DNA of 41,383 nt, taken from the NCBI GenBank assembly GCA_029880285.1, contig JAOUOS010000030.1, positions 1 through 41,383 of the forward strand, written 5' to 3'. The translations under genes were made by a program, and so were the position numbers. Source of the DNA: Spirochaetia bacterium (GTDB taxonomy: Bacteria; Spirochaetota; Leptospiria; Turneriellales; JAOUOS01). Below the pieces are notes generated by a model. It was not told where the DNA came from. It did no database searches and worked only from the letters and a program-made list of their open reading frames with translations. Positions 27,843-36,895 of this stretch are shown here, piece by piece (positions within the stretch are counted from its first letter, which is position 1; every line of letters starts with the position of its first letter).

Positions 27843-29501
27843 CTAAAAAAGAATATTTATACCGCCATAACCTTTTATACCAGATGTATGATAGGGAGGC
27901 ATTAGAATATAATTTTGGTTTAGCAAATTTTCGCCTTTTATAAAAAAATTAACAGTAGGATTAATTTCTTTTGTAATAATTAAATTTAATAATGTGTAAG
28001 GTTTAAGCCATGTTTCTGATGTAGTAAAGGCTTTTCTTTTTCCCATAAAAGTTAATTCTAAACTAAATTCCCATGTTCCCGGTCTGAAACTGGATTTTAA
28101 AAAAGAAGCTAAATTTGGTTTTAAATATAGGTTATCAAGATAATAAAATCCCGTAATACCTGTTGAATAAAAAAGATCAGAGCCTAAATTTTGCTCTAAT
28201 TCTAAAGTACCATAAACTTGGCGCAGTACTTTATCATTAAATAAATAAATGCCGTCTAACTGGTATGAAAACTCAAAAAAATGATAATAATATTCATATC
28301 CTGCTTCAATATTCAATGAAGCATTCTTAGAAACAGGAATTCTGTTTTTAAGAGATACTTTATACATATCTTCAGGATTTTCATAGGAAAATAGAGCGGA
28401 ATAAGGAGTGTTAAGAAAAGAATTATAAAACAAAGGAATTTTTGCCTCTCGCTCAAATAAAAGTTTAGAATGCCATTTTCCCCAAAAACTATCTAATACA
28501 AAATAAGGACCAAATACCGATTTCATATCTGCGGCAAAAAAAGATTTGAATCCGGCGGTTATGTTTATTTCCCAAAGAGTTTTATCTTCGCCTATATAAT
28601 TTCTATAAATAGGAAAAATATCCGATACAAAAATTTTCCCGCTACGATATATTTTTTTAGTGTCGCTATAATGAGAATTTAGCTCACCATACCAAAAATT
28701 ACTTAAAACGCTTAAAGAGTTTCTTCTGCCAAAAATATATTGCCAGGATGCCTGCAATTTGCCTTCAGTATAAGAAGAAGAAGATTTAGGCAGAGTTTTT
28801 TCTTCAAGATCAGAGCTGATATAAACTCCATAGAGAGAAATATTTAATTTTTGTGCCTCACTTGGGCGAAATTGATTTTGAACTTCAATATATCCGCCTC
28901 TTTTGAATTGTTTTGAGTATAAACTCGAATTTTGCAGTCCTCGAATATCGTCAATATAATTGGTTTTTAACATTAATTTATAAGCTGTATTTATATTAAA
29001 ATGGCTAACTAAATTTAAATTATCAATAGAAGTTTCAGAATCGCGGTATATAGTTTTCCCGCGGCCCTCAGAGTCTTTTTTTAATCTACCGTATTCTAAA
29101 AGATAAAGACCAAGGTCGTCTCTTTTCGTAACGTATATATCAATGCCTAAAGTAGAGTATAGTCCATATTCACTTTTTATCTGGGCTCTTTTTTCAATTT
29201 TTTTAACTCCCTGTTTTTCTTTTTTTGTAATTTGAGAAGCGTTTTCAGACCATTCGCTTATTTCAGTTTCTTCGGGATTAATAATTTTTGTGCTATCTTT
29301 AGCGGGTTGAAGAATCTTTTCATCTTCGCCTTCTACCACAATTTCTTCTTTTTCTATAACGGAATCTGAAGATTTTTCAATTTCATCATCAATTTCATCT
29401 TCAATTGTAATATTCTTTTTTTGTGGAAAAATATCGCTAGGTAATAAAAAATTAAAAAATAATAGGATTAAGAAAACATATAATGAATATGAATATTTCA
29501 T
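27843..29501 (-). CDS. putative outer-membrane beta-barrel protein with acidic N-terminal region
   Basis: The ORF is 552 aa. It has a signal peptide, then a ~90-aa Glu/Asp-rich low-complexity stretch, then a long region of alternating hydrophobic residues. It ends in '...GGINILF' with a C-terminal Phe, typical of OMPs. Confidence 0.5.
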   Translation of the reverse strand: MKYSYSLYVFLILLFFNFLLPSDIFPQKKNITIEDEIDDEIEKSSDSVIEKEEIVVEGEDEKILQPAKDSTKIINPEETEISEWSENASQITKKEKQGVKKIEKRAQIKSEYGLYSTLGIDIYVTKRDDLGLYLLEYGRLKKDSEGRGKTIYRDSETSIDNLNLVSHFNINTAYKLMLKTNYIDDIRGLQNSSLYSKQFKRGGYIEVQNQFRPSEAQKLNISLYGVYISSDLEEKTLPKSSSSYTEGKLQASWQYIFGRRNSLSVLSNFWYGELNSHYSDTKKIYRSGKIFVSDIFPIYRNYIGEDKTLWEINITAGFKSFFAADMKSVFGPYFVLDSFWGKWHSKLLFEREAKIPLFYNSFLNTPYSALFSYENPEDMYKVSLKNRIPVSKNASLNIEAGYEYYYHFFEFSYQLDGIYLFNDKVLRQVYGTLELEQNLGSDLFYSTGITGFYYLDNLYLKPNLASFLKSSFRPGTWEFSLELTFMGKRKAFTTSETWLKPYTLLNLIITKEINPTVNFFIKGENLLNQNYILMPPYHTSGIKGYGGINILF

Positions 29502-29719
29502 TGATTAATTACTGAAAAATAGATATTATAATAAGTTTTTATTTTTTTAAAATAAATTATATTGTCAATTATAATTATAAAAAAATAGAATTTAATCATG
29601 AATACATAAACCATGCACAAAGAGGCTATAATATCTTTATATTTTTACGAAGAATTATTTAATAAAAAATTTTAAATATAAATATTAATAGTTAAACTCT
29701 ATTATCATGTCAAAAATGT

Positions 29720-30013
29720 TTAAAAAACAGTATGGGTTACTTTTTTATTATATAAAACCCGATTTTTAATATTTTCCATTACCTGTACGGCTTTGTCATA
29801 ATCTCCAGTTTCCATATACTTCAACCCCAATTGAATTGCAACACTACTTGTTTCAATTGATTTCTTTTGTGGATTGTTTAAAACCGATTCATACTTTTTT
29901 TCAAGTTCTTCAATAGATTCTTTTAATAAATTTTCTTGATTAGAAATTGATTCTCCTGAAAAATCAATAATCTGGGTTAAACTATCTTTATTTTGTTGTG
30001 TAGATTCATACAT
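29720..30013 (-). CDS. hypothetical small protein (single TPR-like helix pair)
   Basis: The ORF is 97 aa and has no recognisable catalytic motif. 'AIQLGLKYMETGDYDKAVQVMENI' looks TPR-like. Confidence 0.35.
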   Translation of the reverse strand: MYESTQQNKDSLTQIIDFSGESISNQENLLKESIEELEKKYESVLNNPQKKSIETSSVAIQLGLKYMETGDYDKAVQVMENIKNRVLYNKKVTHTVF

Positions 30014-30211
30014 ATCATTTTCCTCACAATTTATTATTTTTCATATAATATTTTTTCGGCTTTTTTTGAAATTTATAAATAATAATTTTATGAATATTAA
30101 AGTAATTATATTTTAAATCATATCTAATCTTAAAAAATATAAAATCTTTAAAATTGAATACGCTTGACAAATAAGTTCTATTTTAGTACATTTTATAAAA
30201 GATATAATAAA

Positions 30212-30946
30212 ATGCTTAAAAATATAATTATAAAACAGGGTCTTTTAAAATCTATATTGTTTTTTACGTTAATTATTGTATTTTTATCAGTTTTAGGTAC
30301 AAGTATAATAACATTAATTTTAACAGGCGTACTACCCGATAAAATAGGTTTTTTTATTTCTACAATCATGCCAGCTATTTTAGTACCATCAGTTGGATTA
30401 TGGCATTTTAAATTAATAATTGAGTTGCATGCGACACAGCAAAAATTATATAAATATTCTTTTATAGATGAATTAACGAATACTTATAATAGACGTTATA
30501 TCTTAGAAATATTACAAAAAGAAATGAGCCGAGCAAAAAGATACAATACGAATCTTTCAATAATGATATTAGATATTGATAATTTCAAGAAAATTAATGA
30601 TAATTATGGGCATCTAGAAGGTGATAAAATGTTAAAGAGATTCGCAGATTCATGTAAAGCGAATATGAGAGATAATGATTATTTTGGAAGATACGGCGGT
30701 GAAGAATTTTTATACATACTAACAAATACTGAAAAAGAAAACGCTGTTTTATTCGCAGAACGACTGCGTGAAATGATAGTAAAGCTTTGTTTAATTTCAG
30801 AAGATAAGAAAATTAGTCTTACAACAAGTATTGGTGTATCAGAATATAAAATAGATACAGATGACTTAGATTCTTTTTTAGATAGAACAGATAAAGCATT
30901 ATATAAAGCAAAAGAAAAAGGAAAAAATTGTGTGTTTGAGTTATAG
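30212..30946 (+). CDS. membrane-anchored diguanylate cyclase (GGDEF, GGEEF active site)
   Basis: It has 'RYGGEEFLYIL' and 'ILDIDNFKKINDNYGHLEGD', with two N-terminal TM helices. The track ORF begins at a TTG (30164) that is itself a TTGACA hexamer. The first ATG, ~30212 ('MLKNIII'), is the more likely start. Confidence 0.85.
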   Translation: MLKNIIIKQGLLKSILFFTLIIVFLSVLGTSIITLILTGVLPDKIGFFISTIMPAILVPSVGLWHFKLIIELHATQQKLYKYSFIDELTNTYNRRYILEILQKEMSRAKRYNTNLSIMILDIDNFKKINDNYGHLEGDKMLKRFADSCKANMRDNDYFGRYGGEEFLYILTNTEKENAVLFAERLREMIVKLCLISEDKKISLTTSIGVSEYKIDTDDLDSFLDRTDKALYKAKEKGKNCVFEL

Positions 30947-31002
30947 AGTAAAAATAAATTATTAACTCTTTACAAAAAATCTAAAAAACCTTTTGTGGCG
31001 AT

Positions 31003-31485
31003 ATGAAAAAAGCAGTTTATCCGGGTAGTTTTGATCCTCTTACTAATGGACATTTAGATATTATTGAACGGTCATTAAAAATTGTAGATCATCTTGTAAT
31101 TTCAGTATTACATAATTCATCAAAAAAATCGTTATTAACACTGGAACAAAGAGTAAAATTAATAAAAGAAGTTACAAGAAATTACAAAAATGTGAGTGTT
31201 CAAACATTTTCCGGGCTTTTAGCCGATTTTTGCAGAGAAAATAAAATAAATATTGTTATGAGAGGCCTGAGGGCCGTTTCTGACTTTGATTTTGAATATG
31301 CGGTTTTTTTAATGAACAGAAACTTAAATTCTGAGCTTGAAACAATATTTTTAATGAGTAACAATGAGCATTCTTTTACTTCATCAACTATTATAAAAGA
31401 GGTTGCCTCTTATGGCGGGAATGTGGCAGACAGGGTACCCGAAGCCGTAAATAAAAAATTAAAAGAAATTTACAACAAAAAATAA
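31003..31485 (+). CDS. coaD: phosphopantetheine adenylyltransferase
   Basis: It starts 'MKKAVYPGSFDPLTNGHLDIIERS', which carries the HxGH motif. At 160 aa it is the right size. Confidence 0.9.
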   Translation: MKKAVYPGSFDPLTNGHLDIIERSLKIVDHLVISVLHNSSKKSLLTLEQRVKLIKEVTRNYKNVSVQTFSGLLADFCRENKINIVMRGLRAVSDFDFEYAVFLMNRNLNSELETIFLMSNNEHSFTSSTIIKEVASYGGNVADRVPEAVNKKLKEIYNKK

Positions 31486-31571
31486 AAAATTATATTAATT
31501 GACAATCATTATAACAATTAGGCTTTACAAATTGATAAAAAAAGAAAAAATATAAATAATCAGGAATATAA

Positions 31572-32957
31572 ATGCAATATAATAATGAGCATAAAATAGC
31601 TATTCTAGGTGCCGGTTTTACAGGGTTAACAACAGCGTATTATTTAAATAAATTTAACAAAGACATAAATATAAGTATATTTGAATCGAAAGAAATAGGC
31701 GGTCAGGTACAGACCGAAATTTATGAAGACTGCATTATTGAAAAAGGTCCTGAGACTTTTCAAATGAGAATTCCGCTATTGAATACATTATGCGAAGAAC
31801 TGGATATTAAAGATAAAATGATTATAGCAAAAAAAGATGCCGCGAAACGATATATTTTAAAAGAGGGCCAACTTATTAAAGTACCAATGAGTTTATTGTC
31901 ATTTCTTACGAGTTCAATATTACCATTTACAAATAAAGTTAAAATTGCTTTTGCTTTAAAGAAAAAGTTTTCATTATGGCCGGGTATGTCTTTTTACGAT
32001 GCCACAAAAAATATATTTGGTGAACCTTTCGCTCAATATCCCGCTTCTGCTGTGGCTCGCGGTGTATACGGAACAGAAGCGGAAGATTTAGAATTTTCTT
32101 CGGCTTTTCAAGATGTATACATTTCTATTCAAGAAACTGATAGTTTAATGAAAGCAATTAAAAAAATGGTAAGTGAAAAAAAGAATTTTTGGGTTTCGCA
32201 ATTAGGTGCAAATTCTTATAAAAACTTTCAAAAAGGAATGTATTCATTTGAAGGCGGATTAAAAACAATTATTGAAAAAATACGAGAAAATTTGAAAAAT
32301 AAGAATATAAAAATTGAAAACGCTAAAATTCAAAGAATAACTTGTAAAAAAAATGAATATTATGTGCACACTAAGCATAGTAAATTTGGACCTTTTAATG
32401 AAATTATTTCTACTGTTTCACCTTCTGAACTCTCTGAAATTATAAAAGAATTAGATAAAAAAATAAGTGTTCGTTTAAATGAAATGAAATATTCACCTAT
32501 GACAGTTGTAGTTCACGCGTGGGACAAGAAAAACTTTTATTATCCGGGCTTTGGATTTTTGGCCCCTCGAAAAGAAAAAACTTCGATGATGGGTACTCTT
32601 TTTTCCAGCAATATATTCAGTCACAAAGCTCCTGAACATTTGTTTTTAACTAAAACAATGGTTGCCGGTGATTCTGAAATTTTTTCAGATGAAGAAGTTT
32701 CTGCTATGCAGGTAGAAGGTTTAAAAAGATTATTTAAAATTGAAAAACCTCCTATTTGGACCAAAATATACAGATATAAGCAAGGGATGCCAAAATATTT
32801 CTTAGGATATCATGAATGGAAAGAAAGTATAATTTCAATGCTAAATGAATTCAAGGGTATTCATCTTACCGGATGGCATTTTTCGGGAATGGGACTTTCT
32901 GATGCGCTTTCAAGTTCATACCAATTTGCCTTAAAATATAGTGAAAAACAGAAATAA
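31572..32957 (+). CDS. FAD-dependent amine-oxidase-fold oxidoreductase, protoporphyrinogen oxidase (HemY)-like
   Basis: The N-terminal Rossmann sequence 'KIAILGAGFTGLTTAYYL' is present. The 461-aa length and overall layout are typical of HemY/PPO. The substrate cannot be assigned from the sequence alone. Confidence 0.55.
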   Translation: MQYNNEHKIAILGAGFTGLTTAYYLNKFNKDINISIFESKEIGGQVQTEIYEDCIIEKGPETFQMRIPLLNTLCEELDIKDKMIIAKKDAAKRYILKEGQLIKVPMSLLSFLTSSILPFTNKVKIAFALKKKFSLWPGMSFYDATKNIFGEPFAQYPASAVARGVYGTEAEDLEFSSAFQDVYISIQETDSLMKAIKKMVSEKKNFWVSQLGANSYKNFQKGMYSFEGGLKTIIEKIRENLKNKNIKIENAKIQRITCKKNEYYVHTKHSKFGPFNEIISTVSPSELSEIIKELDKKISVRLNEMKYSPMTVVVHAWDKKNFYYPGFGFLAPRKEKTSMMGTLFSSNIFSHKAPEHLFLTKTMVAGDSEIFSDEEVSAMQVEGLKRLFKIEKPPIWTKIYRYKQGMPKYFLGYHEWKESIISMLNEFKGIHLTGWHFSGMGLSDALSSSYQFALKYSEKQK

Positions 32958-32974
32958 AATATAAAATTTATTTT

Positions 32975-33832
32975 GTGAAACAATTATTAAAAAAAAAAAT
33001 AGTATGGGATTTTAAAAAAGAAAACCAACTGTTATTCTTTGAAAATACCCATACAGTTTGTGAAGAATCCCGATGTCCTAATCGTAAAGAATGTTCTGAT
33101 AATTATACGGTTACGTTTTTAATAGGCGGGGATAAATGTACCAGAAATTGCGGTTTTTGCCATGTAAAAACAGGAAAACCATTACCAATAAAAGAAATAA
33201 ATGAAAAAGAAACCGATATTATAATAAAAGCGGCTCAAAAACTGAATTCAAAATATGTTGTGCTCACTTCGGTAACAAGAGATGATGATGAAGAGGGCCT
33301 AGCGCTTTATTTTGCCGATTTAACAAGAAAATTAAAAGAAGAAGGATTTTTAGTAGAGGTTTTAATTCCCGATTTTCATGGTGATATGAAATATTTAAAT
33401 ATAATACTAGAGTCAAGGCCCAATGTTATTGCGCATAATATAGAAACTATAGAAAGTTTATCTAAAAAAATTCGTCCACAGGCATCTTATAACACTTCGC
33501 TACAAACCTTGAGTTATTTAAAAAATAATGAGTATAATTTAGTAATAAAATCTGGATTCATGATAGGCCTGGGAGAGAATATGAATCAAATAAAACAGGT
33601 TTTAAGAAATTTATCCGATACAAAAATTGATATATTAACCGTAGGACAATATCTACAACCGTCAAAAAATCAGCTTGAAGTGAAAAAATATTATACAGAT
33701 GAAGATTTTTTTTATATTAAAAATTCGGCAGAAATGATGTCTTTTAAAACGGTATATTGCGGATATTTTGTAAGAAGCAGTTATAATGCATTTAATGCAT
33801 ATAAAAATACAATAAATTATAAAAAGAATTAA
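32975..33832 (+). CDS. lipA: lipoyl synthase
   Basis: It has 'CEESRCPNRKEC' (auxiliary cluster) and the radical-SAM 'CTRNCGFC'. An A11 tract lies in codons 5-8. Confidence 0.9.
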   Translation: MKQLLKKKIVWDFKKENQLLFFENTHTVCEESRCPNRKECSDNYTVTFLIGGDKCTRNCGFCHVKTGKPLPIKEINEKETDIIIKAAQKLNSKYVVLTSVTRDDDEEGLALYFADLTRKLKEEGFLVEVLIPDFHGDMKYLNIILESRPNVIAHNIETIESLSKKIRPQASYNTSLQTLSYLKNNEYNLVIKSGFMIGLGENMNQIKQVLRNLSDTKIDILTVGQYLQPSKNQLEVKKYYTDEDFFYIKNSAEMMSFKTVYCGYFVRSSYNAFNAYKNTINYKKN

Positions 33833-33833
33833 G

Positions 33834-34736
33834 ATGCAGTTACATTCTAATTTTCATAATATAGATTTATCAAACATAAAAAAATTGTTATTAGAAAAAC
33901 AAATTACTGTTGAAACTACTAATGATTTAATAAATTACTGGGAAGAGCAAATTTCTAATAAGAAAAATCTTATATTTCACAATTACTTTGATTCTTATCT
34001 TTTTTTTGAATTGATGAAGTATTCTGTAATAAAAGTAATTTTTTATGACTTTAAAAATGATAAGATTTTGTATAAATACGGTATCTTAAATGATGCCGAT
34101 GGTGAGATATTAAGTTCAGTTAAAAATGATGGTAAAAGAGATGAAAAACTTGAGAAAATGTTTTTATTTGAACATCAAAATGAGGCTTTTGGATTATGGA
34201 GAAGAAAAATAACCTCACACAATTTCGATTATTACTTTTTAGCTTTATTCCCGCAAGAACTGAATATTATCGTAAACTTAAGAGAAATTTCTCAAATATT
34301 CTTACGTTATTTTCTGCCAAGTATTTACAAGCCTGATAATCGTTTTATGCCTTTATTTGAAGATGTTAATAAAGCTATTATAGAAAAAATAAATCCTTAT
34401 TTAGAAAGTGAAAGCCCGGTTACTTTTTCTTTTTTTAAATTTGAAACATTTGATAGATATTTAGAATTTGGGGGGGAGTTCTTCGCAAAAGAAGTAATTG
34501 ATGATATTTTAAATGAGTTTTCAACAAAAATAAAAGCAACTGATAATTTTTTTGTATTATCTCCACAAAAATATCTTATCGTCTCTGTAGATTGTGAAAG
34601 TGATGTGATAAAAGACAGATTTAAAAAACTATCGTTTAAAATTAAAAGCTTAATTTTAAATTTTAATGTAAAATACTCGACATTTTACAAGCCAATCAAT
34701 CATTTGTCAGAAAAATGGAAAGAAATTTCAACATAA
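33834..34736 (+). CDS. hypothetical protein with degenerate GGDEF-like (nucleotidyl-cyclase-fold) C-terminal domain
   Basis: The ORF is 300 aa. 'FSFFKFETFDRYLEFGGEFFAKEV' aligns with 'LDIDNFKKINDNYGHLEGD' of the GGDEF protein at 30212. 'FFVLSPQKYLIVSV' sits where 'RYGGEEFLYIL' is expected, so the GG(D/E)EF motif is lost. Confidence 0.4.
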   Translation: MQLHSNFHNIDLSNIKKLLLEKQITVETTNDLINYWEEQISNKKNLIFHNYFDSYLFFELMKYSVIKVIFYDFKNDKILYKYGILNDADGEILSSVKNDGKRDEKLEKMFLFEHQNEAFGLWRRKITSHNFDYYFLALFPQELNIIVNLREISQIFLRYFLPSIYKPDNRFMPLFEDVNKAIIEKINPYLESESPVTFSFFKFETFDRYLEFGGEFFAKEVIDDILNEFSTKIKATDNFFVLSPQKYLIVSVDCESDVIKDRFKKLSFKIKSLILNFNVKYSTFYKPINHLSEKWKEIST

Positions 34737-34757
34737 AATAAGAAAAAGGAATTTAAT

Positions 34758-35288
34758 ATGGAACACGCGATAAAAAGTCTTATTAGAAACATACCTGATT
34801 TTCCTAAGCCGGGAATTCAGTTTAAAGATATTACGCCGGTACTTTCAGATTCTACCGCGCTAAAAAATTTAATAGAATGGTTTAAATTAAGTATAGAAGC
34901 CGCGGGAGAAGTAGAGTTAATTGTTGGTATAGAATCAAGGGGATTTATTATTGGTTCAGCGTTAGCGCATGAAATGGGAATTGGTTTTGTACCAATACGA
35001 AAACCCGGCAAGCTTCCTTATGAAACAGAAAGCGCTTCTTATGAATTAGAGTATGGTAAAGATTCAGTTGAAATACATGTAGATGCGGTACACCAGGGAC
35101 AGCGTGTCGCTTTAGTAGATGATCTCTTGGCAACGGGAGGTACGGCCGAGGCCGCGTGCAGATTATTAAAAAATCTAGGTGCCGAAATTGTAGCAGTAGC
35201 TTTTTTAATTGAATTAGATGCCTTAAAAGGCAGAAAGAAATTAAAAAACACAATATCAGAAAATATATTCTCACTTATTCATTATTAA
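34758..35288 (+). CDS. apt: adenine phosphoribosyltransferase
   Basis: It has the PRPP-binding motif 'VALVDDLLATGGTA' and at 176 aa it is the right size. Confidence 0.9.
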   Translation: MEHAIKSLIRNIPDFPKPGIQFKDITPVLSDSTALKNLIEWFKLSIEAAGEVELIVGIESRGFIIGSALAHEMGIGFVPIRKPGKLPYETESASYELEYGKDSVEIHVDAVHQGQRVALVDDLLATGGTAEAACRLLKNLGAEIVAVAFLIELDALKGRKKLKNTISENIFSLIHY

Positions 35289-35296
35289 ATAAAAAA

Positions 35297-36460
35297 TTGA
35301 ATTCTCAAAAATCGGGATTGTATGTTCATATTCCTTTTTGTGAAAAAAAATGTAATTACTGCGATTTCTATTCTATAGAAAAATATGAATTGTCCAAAAA
35401 TTTTCAGCAAACTTATTTAAACGCATTAATTCAAGATTTAAAAGAAAAAAAAGAAAAGTATTTTATTAATACTGAATTATCAAGTATATTTTTTGGCGGG
35501 GGTACGCCATCTATATTTGATCCCGACTTTTATTTTAAGTTTTTATATGAAATTAAAAATATATTTACAAATACTAATTTTAATAATATTGAAATATCAA
35601 TGGAAGCTAACCCAGAATCATTATGCGAAAGAAAAATAAATGAGTATAAAAGAGCTGGCATAAATCGCCTGAATATTGGTATACAAAGCCGAAAAAAAGA
35701 ATTTCTAAATTATTTAGGTAGAAAAAGTACCATAGACGAGGTTGATCTATTAAAAGCCTTACATCAAAGTGAATTTGAAAATTATGGGATTGATTTAATT
35801 TATTCTTTACCTATGCAAAACTGGAACGATATTAAACAAGATATTGATTGGGCCATTGATAATAATGTAAAACATATATCACTTTATTCTCTAACAATTG
35901 AAAAAAAAACAAAATTAGAAAAAGAGATTTTCTTAAAAAAGAAAAAAAAACCATCAGAAAAAAGATCATTTATTTATCAAAAAATAATTACAGAGTATTT
36001 AAAAAAAAATAGTTATAATCATTATGAAGTTTCTAATTTCGCGAAAAATAAATTTGAATGTGAACATAATTTAAATTATTGGAGGTATAGGCCCTACATA
36101 GGATTGGGAGCTTCTGCTCATTCTTTTAATGGAAAAGTTCGAATTATAAATACTACAAATATTAAAAACTATATAAAGCAAAATAAATATAAATTAGTAA
36201 GCAGTCAATTAAATCCAGATTTATTTATAGGTATATTTAGAATCACAGAATTTCAACCGTTAAGTAAATTTAAAAAGATTATGAAGTTTCATGAATTTTT
36301 ACTTTTCCAAAAAAAAATAATTGAATTCGCGAATAAAAACTGGATTAATATTAAAAAAACGGGTTTTAATATAACCGAAAATGGTTTGCTACAATCAGAT
36401 ACAATGCTCATTGAGATGTCGAATATTTTATCTCGTGAAGATGAAAAACTTTTTGCGTAA
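35297..36460 (+). CDS. hemW: radical SAM HemW/HemN-like protein (heme chaperone / oxygen-independent coproporphyrinogen oxidase family)
   Basis: It has 'LYVHIPFCEKKCNYCDFYS' (CxxxCxxC) and 'FFGGGTPS', with a HemN_C-like tail. Confidence 0.8.
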   Translation: MNSQKSGLYVHIPFCEKKCNYCDFYSIEKYELSKNFQQTYLNALIQDLKEKKEKYFINTELSSIFFGGGTPSIFDPDFYFKFLYEIKNIFTNTNFNNIEISMEANPESLCERKINEYKRAGINRLNIGIQSRKKEFLNYLGRKSTIDEVDLLKALHQSEFENYGIDLIYSLPMQNWNDIKQDIDWAIDNNVKHISLYSLTIEKKTKLEKEIFLKKKKKPSEKRSFIYQKIITEYLKKNSYNHYEVSNFAKNKFECEHNLNYWRYRPYIGLGASAHSFNGKVRIINTTNIKNYIKQNKYKLVSSQLNPDLFIGIFRITEFQPLSKFKKIMKFHEFLLFQKKIIEFANKNWINIKKTGFNITENGLLQSDTMLIEMSNILSREDEKLFA

Positions 36461-36468
36461 ATAATATT

Positions 36469-36729
36469 ATGTTTTATGTATATATTTTAGAATGTAAAGA
36501 CGGAACCTATTACACAGGCGCCGCTAAAAATCTTGAAGATAGAATAAACAAGCATAAACAGGGCAAAGGTGCAAAATATACAGCGGGAAGAACTCCGTTA
36601 AAATTAGTTTATTATGAAGAGTGCGAAAATATAAGCGAAGCATACAAAAGAGAAAAAAATATTCAAAAAATGACAAGAGAAGAAAAAAAGAATTTAATTA
36701 GAAGCATTCCAACTAAAGGTAAATCATAA
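36469..36729 (+). CDS. GIY-YIG domain protein (UPF0213/YhbQ-like)
   Basis: The ORF is 86 aa. It starts 'MFYVYILECKDGTYYTGAAKNLEDRINKHKQGKGAKYT', which is a GIY-YIG N-terminus. Confidence 0.8.
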   Translation: MFYVYILECKDGTYYTGAAKNLEDRINKHKQGKGAKYTAGRTPLKLVYYEECENISEAYKREKNIQKMTREEKKNLIRSIPTKGKS

Positions 36730-36807
36730 AAATATGAATATATGAATAGACAGGATTAACAAGATTATACATGATTGATTTTATAATTATAACGAATGAA
36801 CTTTTAA

Positions 36808-36895
36808 GTCGTCGAAAAGCGTTTTTGTAAGCTGGACAAGCGAAGCTGGTCGAAGGCGGCGCGAATTAACCTCAATGGTTATGCGAAATGGCGTT
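36808..36895. repeat. GC-rich island with 14-nt tandem near-duplication (aagctggacaagcg / aagctggtcgaagg)
   Basis: Read from the sequence. It lies between the convergent GIY-YIG and DUF4236 genes. Its composition is sharply different from the AT-rich flanks. Confidence 0.5.

Noticed and set aside
34817-35274. Minus-strand ORFs 34817..35011, 34948..35274, 35039..35251
   Set aside because: They are antisense within apt and sit in the slightly more GC-rich part of that gene.
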